The position numbers and the translations under genes were made by a program. Below the pieces are notes generated by a model. The model saw nothing but the letters and a program-made list of their open reading frames with translations. It did not search any database and had not been told where the DNA came from. A DNA stretch of 57,586 nt. It comes from an uncultured bacterium. Its GTDB lineage: Bacteria; Patescibacteriota; Patescibacteriia; Patescibacteriales; UBA12465. Of the stretch, positions 11,041 through 19,210 are shown piece by piece (positions within the stretch are counted from its first letter, which is position 1; each line of letters begins with the position of its first letter). The DNA is taken from positions 1 to 57,586 of the forward strand of contig CAJAVM010000021.1 of NCBI GenBank assembly GCA_903945435.1, in the 5' to 3' direction.

Positions 11041-12081
11041 CTAAAAAATTGGATAAAAAAACTTAAAGAAATTAATTAATAACCGATCATTAAATTTGAT
11101 TTTTGTTTTATAATCCGGATCAAAAGGTTCCGCTTCTCCCTTCCAGGTTTCAATAATTTTTTTTAAATCAGCCACTAAATTTTTCTGACGAGAAAAAATC
11201 CCAACTTCAAAATTCCAGCCAAAGGAAAGTATGTCCATATTTTGAGAACCAACCAACCCCTCAACATCATCAATTAACATCAGTTTAGCATGATTCATAG
11301 TCTTAGTCATAAAAAATTTCACTCCGATACCAGACAATCTGCAACAATTAAGATAATTAATTTTATTGAGAGGTTTAATATCGGTATCGGCTGGAATAAT
11401 AATTTCCACTTTTACTCCACGACGGCAAGCATCATCAAGAGCAACTATTAACCAACGTGGTGGTAATAGATAAGGAGTGACGATTTGAATTAAAAATTGA
11501 GCTTCGGATATTTTTTGTTTATAATAATTATTCAAATAATATAATTTACTAGTTCCACGCCAATTATCCATAATTCTTGATTGAATTCGGCGAGAGAGAG
11601 GCGTAGAACTAAATCGTAGAATTGATTCACGACGACCGCCGCACTTTTTATAAGAATTAGCAAAAGACTTAAAAATTAGTTTTACTGCTCCGCCCTCTAT
11701 TTTAATCTGCAAGTCGCGCCAATTTCTAATTTTTTCCTCAATATTAACGCCACCTAAAAAAGCGACTTTATTATCGATAATTAATATTTTTCGATGAGTT
11801 CTCTTTAACCAATGACTAAAAAAAATAAATTCTGCTCCAAGATCACGTAATTCTTTAATCATCTCCGGTCTTAAAGAAGAACTTCCATATGAATCAGCAA
11901 TAATAACAACTTCGACCCCACTTGATGCCTTACTTTTTAATAGACTAAAAAAATTATGAGTCTCGCTGGTATCAACGGATAAAATGTACATCTCTAGATA
12001 TATTGATTTTTCCGCCTTAGCCATGGCTTTAAACATTCCATCCCAGGCTTTATGAGAAGTTGTATAAAGACGATACTTCAT
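11041..12081 (-). CDS. phospholipase D / cardiolipin synthase-like protein
   Basis: Two HKD motifs (HRKILIID, HAKLMLID), WRD, TPY. Confidence 0.88.
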   Translation of the reverse strand: MKYRLYTTSHKAWDGMFKAMAKAEKSIYLEMYILSVDTSETHNFFSLLKSKASSGVEVVIIADSYGSSSLRPEMIKELRDLGAEFIFFSHWLKRTHRKILIIDNKVAFLGGVNIEEKIRNWRDLQIKIEGGAVKLIFKSFANSYKKCGGRRESILRFSSTPLSRRIQSRIMDNWRGTSKLYYLNNYYKQKISEAQFLIQIVTPYLLPPRWLIVALDDACRRGVKVEIIIPADTDIKPLNKINYLNCCRLSGIGVKFFMTKTMNHAKLMLIDDVEGLVGSQNMDILSFGWNFEVGIFSRQKNLVADLKKIIETWKGEAEPFDPDYKTKIKFNDRLLINFFKFFYPIF

Positions 12082-12891
12082 TTAATTTAATAACTTCTTA
12101 ATTTCTGAAAGATTTTTTTCTGCCTCCTTGCGACCAATATTAATCATCTCTTTGACAATATCGCTAGAAAAGTATTTTTTAAGACTAATATTCTGAACAT
12201 AATATGAAGTATCAGGGTTAATAACTACATCAGCGTCTTTAATATCATGCTGGGAAAGATTATATAGAGCAATTCTAGTGCTCCTCAAAGCAACTTTAGT
12301 AAAAGTAAACTTTTTCTCAATAAATTCATTCTTATGATATAAATTTACTGCAATTACTTTATCAGCACCTAAACTTTTTAAAGCCTCGACTGGGACAGGA
12401 CTACTCAGAGCACCATCGATATAACGACGACCGTGGTGCTTAACAGGTTCGAATACTATTGGAACTGATGAACTTGCTCGAACCGCAGTTGATAGCTTGC
12501 CTTCTTGAAAAACAAAGGGTTCACCATTTGCTAAATCAGTTGCAATAATTCTCAGAGGAATTTTAGCATCTTCAAAAATATGACGACCAAGTAAGGTTTC
12601 TATAATTTTTTCATATTTACGACCACTCACTAGCCCTCCACGAAAACCAAAATCGGAAATACCAATAATACGTCCCTTTTGTTTATCTAATAATTTTTCT
12701 TCCAATCCTTTTATTTCGCGATTTAAAGAATAGTAAGCGGCTGCCAAAGAGCCAATAGATGCACCGCTAATATAATCAATCGGAATATTATTTTCTAACA
12801 ATACTTGCATTACTCCAATATGCGCAAATCCACGAAACCCTCCTGAACCAAGAGCTAAACCAATTTTTTTTCTTTTAATTTTATTTTTCAT
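12082..12891 (-). CDS. patatin-like phospholipase (RssA-like)
   Basis: GSGGFRG, GASIG (GxSxG), DGA. Confidence 0.9.
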   Translation of the reverse strand: MKNKIKRKKIGLALGSGGFRGFAHIGVMQVLLENNIPIDYISGASIGSLAAAYYSLNREIKGLEEKLLDKQKGRIIGISDFGFRGGLVSGRKYEKIIETLLGRHIFEDAKIPLRIIATDLANGEPFVFQEGKLSTAVRASSSVPIVFEPVKHHGRRYIDGALSSPVPVEALKSLGADKVIAVNLYHKNEFIEKKFTFTKVALRSTRIALYNLSQHDIKDADVVINPDTSYYVQNISLKKYFSSDIVKEMINIGRKEAEKNLSEIKKLLN

Positions 12892-12957
12892 AATATAAAT
12901 ATTCTTAAAGTATAACAAAAAATCGCTCATAAAGCGACTGCAAAAAATTTTAAAAAT

Positions 12958-12994
12958 AAGTGAGGCCGCCTTCGATTGAAAGCGGCCTCATTTT
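12958..12994. terminator. putative intrinsic terminator hairpin
   Basis: tgaggccgc/gcggcctca stem at the end of the kinase gene. Confidence 0.6.
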
Positions 12995-13682
12995 AAGCAA
13001 ACGGTATTTTAACGATAAATCTCGTTCCTCCTTCAAGAGGTTCGTAATCTATAGTTCCACCGTGAGCTTGAGTGATAAGTTTAGCACCATAAAGACCTAA
13101 GCCTGTTCCCTTTTTTTTGCTAGTCGCGAATTGTTGAAACAACTTGTCCCTCATGTCTTCTGGAACCTTTCCATAATTACTAAAGCTGATGCATAATAAT
13201 TCATCTGCTTCGTAAATATTGACACTGATTTCAGAATCTTTATTTGGAGAAGCTTCGCTTGCATTTCGCAGTAGATTCATTATCAATGAAGAAAATAGAC
13301 TGTCATTAATTACTATTTCCTTTTGTAAAAAACCAATACCCACAACATCGGCACCATGTTTTTTTAAAGAAAATAGTAATTTATTGCCAACCCGGAGATT
13401 AAAAAAGATTTTTTTAATCTCTTCCCTTAATTTAATGATATTAATGGGCACTTTCTTAAGAGATCCCTGTCCTTTTTCAATCTTCTCAAACAATAGGTAG
13501 TCCTCTATCATTTTCAGGACTTTTTTACTATCATTATTAATTAATAATAAAAACTCACGAGTAACCTCGGGAGGAACTTGTTCTTCCAAGAGATACTCCG
13601 ATGTTGCGACCAAATTTGCTACGTGACCGCGCAAATCATGATGCAAAATACGCATCCAATTTTGAATACCATGCTCTTTCAT
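12993..13682 (-). CDS. histidine kinase core (HisKA + HATPase) with no sensor domain
   Basis: HDLRGH H-box, NLLRNASEA N-box, GTGLGL G2 box. Confidence 0.88.
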   Translation of the reverse strand: MKEHGIQNWMRILHHDLRGHVANLVATSEYLLEEQVPPEVTREFLLLINNDSKKVLKMIEDYLLFEKIEKGQGSLKKVPINIIKLREEIKKIFFNLRVGNKLLFSLKKHGADVVGIGFLQKEIVINDSLFSSLIMNLLRNASEASPNKDSEISVNIYEADELLCISFSNYGKVPEDMRDKLFQQFATSKKKGTGLGLYGAKLITQAHGGTIDYEPLEGGTRFIVKIPFA

Positions 13683-13882
13683 AATAAGAATTATTTTGGT
13701 GAATATTAAAATTTTCAAAGTACTAACAAATGGTATCATTAAAATATAATTTTGTCAACTGATTGACCGATATAATTTGCTATGATGTAATAAATGCAAG
13801 CTAAAGTTAGCTAAACTCGACCCGCCGAGTAACGCGGTTAATGTTCTTTATAAACTTTTTAAACTAACAGGAGATTATTATC

Positions 13883-14647
13883 ATGAACAGAGATTCACAC
13901 ACCGTAGCTGCCAGTAACTTAGCAGCTCTGCAACAAAACCCCTATCCGGGAAGAGGAATTGTAATGGGAATGGACCAAACCGGTCGATACTTAGTCCAGA
14001 TATACTGGCTAATGGGACGTAGCCCTAACAGTCGAAACCGTATTTTCGTGCATCACCCAAATGGAGCCTTGGAAACCGAATTTGCCGATCAAAGCCAAGC
14101 CCAAGACGCTAGTCTTACCATTTATACGGCAATGGCAGAAAAAAATTTAAAATTTGTGGTAAGCAATGGACATCAAACAATCCCCGTTTTGGATGGAAAA
14201 CCTGGTTGTGGCTTAAACAAGCTGCTACTGCCTTGGACCTACGAACCGGATGCTCCAAATTTTACTAACAGGATCACAGCCGTGTTTGATTTGAACTATG
14301 AGTACGAATTTAACGAAAACGAATTTACTGCCGAAATTGGAGTACTCACAAAGTCATCTCTCGATGAACAATGTTCCAGATCAATTTTCAAGATGCCAAT
14401 CCATATGCCCGGCTTCGGTTACTGCGTAACTACTTACTCAGGAGATGGTAATCCTTTGCCTCCATTTGAGGATGCTCCGTACTTATTACCCCTTATCGGT
14501 GATATTAAAGAAATCGCAGGCACAATGTGGGGTGCACTCAATCTCGATAACCGCGTATCATTAGCTGTTAAATTTATTGATACCACAACCGGAAAATCTG
14601 AAATTACCGTCATCAATAAGTATGAGCAGGTGTTATCGGGAGTTTAA
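13883..14647 (+). CDS. IMP cyclohydrolase-like protein (PurO-like Ntn fold)
   Basis: NPYPGRGI, MGRSPNSRNR, YEPDAPNFTNRI, TTYSGDGNPLP; SD aggag upstream. Confidence 0.8.
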   Translation: MNRDSHTVAASNLAALQQNPYPGRGIVMGMDQTGRYLVQIYWLMGRSPNSRNRIFVHHPNGALETEFADQSQAQDASLTIYTAMAEKNLKFVVSNGHQTIPVLDGKPGCGLNKLLLPWTYEPDAPNFTNRITAVFDLNYEYEFNENEFTAEIGVLTKSSLDEQCSRSIFKMPIHMPGFGYCVTTYSGDGNPLPPFEDAPYLLPLIGDIKEIAGTMWGALNLDNRVSLAVKFIDTTTGKSEITVINKYEQVLSGV

Positions 14648-14669
14648 AAATTCACAAACAAAACAAATC

Positions 14670-14706
14670 AAAAACCCCATTAGACAATCTGTCCTATGGG
14701 GTTTTT
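14670..14706. terminator. bidirectional terminator between convergent genes
   Basis: aaaaaccccat...atggggttttt. Confidence 0.75.
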
Positions 14707-14718
14707 AAGTTGTAAATA

Positions 14719-15261
14719 TTAATAAATATAAGTTTTACTCGGTTTAGTATCTAATACTTTTTTTAAATTCCAACCAGGGATTTCAAAACCATAAGAGATA
14801 ACTAATGTTTCTGGTTTTAAATTTTGTTTTAATTTTTCAGAAATTTTTTTCATAATCATTGAATTCAGGAAAATAAAAATTGCATCTGCGGCTTTCAAAT
14901 CTTGTTTAAAAAAATCATGATTTTTAATTATTACTCGGCTTCCTTTGATAAATTTATTCATTTTAGCCTTAAAATAGGGATACAAAGCTAATTCATAACC
15001 GATAGCCTTTAAACCTTTTTTCTCGGCTAAAAATAAAAACCGGCCATCTCCACAACCTAAATCGTAAATTAATGAGTGTGGCGGTAAATTAATTAATTCT
15101 AAAATTATCTCTAAATTATTGGCTGGTGTTTTTACCCAGGGAACTAAAGTTTTTAAATTAACATAAATCATGTTAAATCCAAACAAAACGACCGCAATGG
15201 CTCCAATTATAATAAAAGTAAGAACAATTATCAAAAATGAAATAAAAAAGATAGCTGTCAT
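14719..15261 (-). CDS. membrane-anchored class I SAM methyltransferase
   Basis: N-terminal TM, VPWVKT, DLGCGDGR. Confidence 0.85.
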   Translation of the reverse strand: MTAIFFISFLIIVLTFIIIGAIAVVLFGFNMIYVNLKTLVPWVKTPANNLEIILELINLPPHSLIYDLGCGDGRFLFLAEKKGLKAIGYELALYPYFKAKMNKFIKGSRVIIKNHDFFKQDLKAADAIFIFLNSMIMKKISEKLKQNLKPETLVISYGFEIPGWNLKKVLDTKPSKTYIY

Positions 15262-15578
15262 ATTTTTTTAAACGTTTTATCAAGACATCTTTCAATATAA
15301 ATTTTACGCCACCAAAATAATCCCAAATATAAGCCACCACCAAATCCTAACAATATAATAGCAATCTGCACTATCGGAGGCAAAGCGCATCCACCATAAA
15401 ATTGAATGATTATATTTTTGTTAAAACTCCAGCGTAAATAATTAAGCTCAATTAACGCGTGCAGATTAAAACTCAGTAAAAGACCCAAAGTTATAAAAGA
15501 GGCTAAATAAACTAGCTTTTTTATTTTTGTAGGCTTGCCCACTTTGCTAAAAATATTTTTAGAACTAATTTTTATCAT
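15258..15578 (-). CDS. small two-TM hypothetical protein
   Basis: Two hydrophobic segments; translationally coupled to the methyltransferase. Confidence 0.7.
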   Translation of the reverse strand: MIKISSKNIFSKVGKPTKIKKLVYLASFITLGLLLSFNLHALIELNYLRWSFNKNIIIQFYGGCALPPIVQIAIILLGFGGGLYLGLFWWRKIYIERCLDKTFKKI

Positions 15579-15585
15579 ATTCTTT

Positions 15586-16353
15586 TTAATTAGGTCGATA
15601 AATGCGTTTTTCGGTTATAACCAAAAAAATATTTAAAAATATCAACCCAACGATTACCCAAAAACTAAAATTAAATAAAAATGACCAAATCGGATGACCA
15701 ATCTGAATTATTTTAATATCGTTAATATAGATGATTTCGCAAGCGCCGGCACCAGAGTCCTTTCTGGTCAAGCTTGATTTCAGGCTAAATGAACTAGGAT
15801 CATAATCACTTACTTTGCCGACTTTATTAGCCTCAACATTAACTAAATAACCAGAAATTAAAACTTGATCACTAGTTTTAATATTATTAATTACTGACAA
15901 AACTTTAGAGTCATTAGCAATTAAATGATTATTGGATATTGAATCAGGATTTATTACAGCTTCTCCTCGCCACTTATAAAAACAAAAACGCGAGTCTTGA
16001 GAAAAGGAAAGATATTTATTTTGATAGCTCTTATTTTCTAAATTATCGCCCCAAACTAAACAAAGATCTACTGGGAAAACACTGTCTGAGTTATAAATAC
16101 TAAAAAGGCGATAATCCATTCGATGAACAACTAAGGCTTGGATTTGATATTCAGCTATTGGTGTTAAGACATAAGCAAAGCCATCTTTAGAAAATTTTAT
16201 GGGCTCATTATTATCAACTGTATTTTGCAATGGTGCCTGTAAAACTTCCGGACGAATCTTATCAACAGTCCTATAGTTATTTTTTAAAAAATAAGAAATA
16301 ATTAAAACAAACAAAAAAACCAATAATAAAAATTTTCTTAATTTTGGATACAT
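15586..16353 (-). CDS. hypothetical membrane-anchored protein
   Basis: N- and C-terminal TM; PVDLCLVWG, SNNHLI, RKDSGAGACE. Confidence 0.75.
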   Translation of the reverse strand: MYPKLRKFLLLVFLFVLIISYFLKNNYRTVDKIRPEVLQAPLQNTVDNNEPIKFSKDGFAYVLTPIAEYQIQALVVHRMDYRLFSIYNSDSVFPVDLCLVWGDNLENKSYQNKYLSFSQDSRFCFYKWRGEAVINPDSISNNHLIANDSKVLSVINNIKTSDQVLISGYLVNVEANKVGKVSDYDPSSFSLKSSLTRKDSGAGACEIIYINDIKIIQIGHPIWSFLFNFSFWVIVGLIFLNIFLVITEKRIYRPN

Positions 16354-16422
16354 AAGTTATTAATTCCAAACTAAGCACTTTTTTATTATAACACATTAGC
16401 CCTTATTATAACGAGAGAAATT

Positions 16423-16446
16423 AAAAAATAGGCTATTAACCTATTT
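16423..16446 (-). terminator. putative original terminator of tRNA-Glu, displaced by the island
   Basis: Minus strand aaatagg-ttaatag-cctattt plus T run, directly after the gtagtc core. Confidence 0.6.
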
Positions 16447-16499
16447 CTAAAGTGTAGTCTTAAAGTCGCAAGTTTCCGAAAAAATTGGTGAAATTATTG

Positions 16500-16528
16500 G
16501 GGAAATTGAGAAATGGGCGGAAGTTTTG
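16500..16528 (+). repeat. 29-bp direct repeat, copy 1
   Basis: gggaaattgagaaatgggcggaagttttg; 27/29 identical to 17658-17686. Confidence 0.9.
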
Positions 16529-16552
16529 GAGTGAAAGATTTAAATGGATATT

Positions 16553-17455
16553 TCATTTGTTAGTTATTATTGCTGATAAATTTGTTTCCCAATCATCGGG
16601 GAAACCCATTTGTCTAACGTTAATTTTGTATTCATTTATATATTCTTTTAATTTTTCTAGCCAAGAAGATGTAGGATTAATTTCGTTTAGTAATATTTGT
16701 AATACAACTAAATAATTATAAAGCCTTTTATTACCTTTGTTAAAATATTTTCCGTATAAATTATGCCCCATTTTGGGAGTGTACGTTAATTCTCGGCTCC
16801 ACAATCGAGAGTAATGTGCACAATGATTTCTTAATAAAGAAGAACAAAGTAGCCAACTAGTTATGAATTGTTCATCTTCTCCAAAGGATCTAGAGATTTT
16901 GTTTCTGAATTCTTTTTTTAATGATTTACAAATATAAACGCACTGCCCAAATGAAAGAATTTCTAAGGCCGTCCAAATGGGAGGCAGCGTTGGTTCGGAA
17001 TAAGTCTCTTTATAATGTTGTATGCTTAACTCTCTACTTTTATCGACTTCGTCAGTTATAAAATATATAATTTTCAAATGATCTTCTTTTTTGCCAAAGA
17101 ATTTTTCCTCTAAGTACCAATGAGAATTATTTTCTTCAGTAGATAATGCATAAGCCATTCTACATTTGAAAGATTTTTCTATTCTTTCTAGCAACTCCAG
17201 TAAAAGAAATCTCGACTTATTATCAAATACATAAATTCTTAAAACATCTTCAAATTTAATTCCTTTATAAAACTGGTTATCTTTTTGATAATGTTTAAAA
17301 TATATTGAAAGATGGTAATAGCTTAAATTTTTTAAATAATATTTCAGCTCATCTTCGCTTTCTACTATTAACCCCCGGCTTTTTAAAAGACCAACTTGTT
17401 CGTCAAGAGTTAAAGGTTTTTTATCAAATTTTTGCTTAATATTAGATTCTATCAT
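16553..17455 (-). CDS. abiF: Abi-family (AbiD/AbiF) HEPN ribonuclease
   Basis: KPLTLDEQVGLLKSRGL, SYYHL, PPIWTALEILSFG, RNHCAH (Rx4H); start placed at ATG 17455. Confidence 0.88.
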   Translation of the reverse strand: MIESNIKQKFDKKPLTLDEQVGLLKSRGLIVESEDELKYYLKNLSYYHLSIYFKHYQKDNQFYKGIKFEDVLRIYVFDNKSRFLLLELLERIEKSFKCRMAYALSTEENNSHWYLEEKFFGKKEDHLKIIYFITDEVDKSRELSIQHYKETYSEPTLPPIWTALEILSFGQCVYICKSLKKEFRNKISRSFGEDEQFITSWLLCSSLLRNHCAHYSRLWSRELTYTPKMGHNLYGKYFNKGNKRLYNYLVVLQILLNEINPTSSWLEKLKEYINEYKINVRQMGFPDDWETNLSAIITNK

Positions 17456-17516
17456 ATTTATCCACAATCCTTTGTTGTGCTATTGTGAGAATTAATGTAT
17501 ACTTTAGTTATCAATA

Positions 17517-17567
17517 CCTATCACGCCTCTGGGCTGCAAAGCCCATGCGAACCCGATGGGTTTTTTT
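17517..17567 (+). ncRNA. abiF-motif-like structured RNA (candidate antitoxin)
   Basis: cctatc/gatggg outer stem, tgggct/agccca inner hairpin, T7 tail; ttgtgc-17-tatact promoter at 17475-17503; strand inferred from promoter and tail. Confidence 0.65.
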
Positions 17568-17605
17568 ATACTCAAAAAATAACCCAAAAATTTAATATTG
17601 ATTAA

Positions 17606-17634
17606 ATAATACAACTCAAAATCTAAATAGTCAA
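17606..17634 (-). promoter_or_regulatory. sigma70-like promoter for abiF
   Basis: Minus strand ttgact-17 bp-tattat. Confidence 0.55.
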
Positions 17635-17657
17635 AATTTTGACGGGATTATTGGGGT

Positions 17658-17686
17658 GGGAAATTGAGAAGTGGGCGGAAATTTTG
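17658..17686 (+). repeat. 29-bp direct repeat, copy 2
   Basis: gggaaattgagaagtgggcggaaattttg. Confidence 0.9.
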
Positions 17687-17766
17687 AGGTAGTTACCATT
17701 TTAATATAATTGATTTTTTTGGTATTTCATGGTATTTTTTGAGTTATATTAAGGATCATAAATATT

Positions 17767-18633
17767 ATGAAAAAATTATTTTTGCTTACAATCATAATTA
17801 TATGCACACCTTTGCTCTTAGCCGGTTGTAGCTATAAAATTATTGAAGATAAAACTACAGATAAATCTGCGATTATTGAAAGTGGCACACAAAACCAGCA
17901 AGACCAAATCAACACTTTAAAGAAAGAATTGGATGATTTAAAGAAACAGGGATTGCAACAAGAAGACCCTTCAAAACTAACAGAAACTCAAACAAAAGAA
18001 CTATCATCTATTATTTCTGGATGGAAAAATAGAACAGCTTTCTTGACTTGTTCTTGGCTTGATTCATCTACAAATACTACGCAAACTCAGACGGCAACAG
18101 CCTATATCGGCCACTCCACTAGTGGCAAAATAACAGCGATAACAAATAGGCATGCGGTTTTGACAGATAACGGAAACTTAGTTGATAGTTGTGTAATGTC
18201 GATGCCGGGGAATAAAAATTCTATTTATATATCTTCTTCGGACATAAATTTACATCCAGACAGCTCAATTGATGCGGCCAGATTTTTTCTTGATGAAAAA
18301 GATAGTTATTTATCTTCTCTCACAAGAAAAAAAATTTGTTTTCAGTTGCCAGATATAAAAGTAAATATTGGCGATCAGGTGGTTATTCTTGGGTATCCTG
18401 GCATTGGCTCTCAGAAAGATATTACAGCAACTGATGGTATTATTTCTGGATATGATTATCCCTATTATGTTACTTCTGCAAAAATTGACCACGGCAACTC
18501 TGGGGGGCTAGCGATTTTAGTAAAAGGAGATTGTTATCTTGGCGTGCCCTCAGGGTCAGTTGTTGGATCAATGGAGTCTTTAGGTAGAATTTTAGAGGCA
18601 AGCGCCATCCAGTCTACTGCACAAAATCAATAA
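17767..18633 (+). CDS. lipoprotein with trypsin-like serine protease domain
   Basis: Lipobox LLAGC, short coiled coil, TNRHAV (His), IDAA (Asp), GNSGG (Ser). Confidence 0.85.
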   Translation: MKKLFLLTIIIICTPLLLAGCSYKIIEDKTTDKSAIIESGTQNQQDQINTLKKELDDLKKQGLQQEDPSKLTETQTKELSSIISGWKNRTAFLTCSWLDSSTNTTQTQTATAYIGHSTSGKITAITNRHAVLTDNGNLVDSCVMSMPGNKNSIYISSSDINLHPDSSIDAARFFLDEKDSYLSSLTRKKICFQLPDIKVNIGDQVVILGYPGIGSQKDITATDGIISGYDYPYYVTSAKIDHGNSGGLAILVKGDCYLGVPSGSVVGSMESLGRILEASAIQSTAQNQ

Positions 18634-18634
18634 A

Positions 18635-19183
18635 ATGAAAAACGATTGTATTGAATTAAGTAACGAATATAAATTTTTTGAAAATCTTATTATAGATGTT
18701 TTACTGCGTAGAGCCGTTCTAAAGAAATTTGAGGAAAAAATAAAGAAAACTAATTTAACCATAAATAATGGCATTATTTCTTTAATTTGGTATGGATATG
18801 TTATTTCTCAATTAAGTGATTGTAGAAAATTTTTTGACAAGGATAATAATGCCCATAATTTCAAGTTTGTTGCACGACACGTTAAAAGTGTGACTCTGCA
18901 AAAAGAACATCATCGTTTATTTAAATTTTGGAAAGAAAGTGGTTTGGAAAACTTTATAAATAAATACCTGTTACACGCAGATAAAAGTGCAGGGAGCCTT
19001 GATAATAAGGCATTGCCAAAAGACATAGATAAATTTATTAATCAATTAGAGATATATTTTAACAAGATAGGTCAAGAATTAATTAGTGACTATTCCGGTG
19101 TTAGCAATCAGCATTATAAAAGCTACCTGCAAGAAAGCTCGGAAGGAGCTGAAATATTTTTTAAAGAAATTAAAAAAATTTAA
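18635..19183 (+). CDS. hypothetical protein, possibly AbiU2-like HEPN
   Basis: Helical; RKFFD and INKYLLHAD resemble AbiU2-type motifs. Confidence 0.45.
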   Translation: MKNDCIELSNEYKFFENLIIDVLLRRAVLKKFEEKIKKTNLTINNGIISLIWYGYVISQLSDCRKFFDKDNNAHNFKFVARHVKSVTLQKEHHRLFKFWKESGLENFINKYLLHADKSAGSLDNKALPKDIDKFINQLEIYFNKIGQELISDYSGVSNQHYKSYLQESSEGAEIFFKEIKKI

Positions 19184-19210
19184 GATATTTCGATTGATAT
19201 ATCAAAAGTT

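Noticed and set aside
13760-13850. ZMP/ZTP riboswitch before the IMP cyclohydrolase-like gene
   Set aside because: The hairpin resembles P3, but the upstream P1 and GACUGGCG element is absent
17458-17466. DnaA box ttatccaca at the abiF start
   Set aside because: Single isolated box, plausible by chance
16500-17686. CRISPR array from the 29-bp repeat
   Set aside because: Only two copies 1.16 kb apart, and no cas genes
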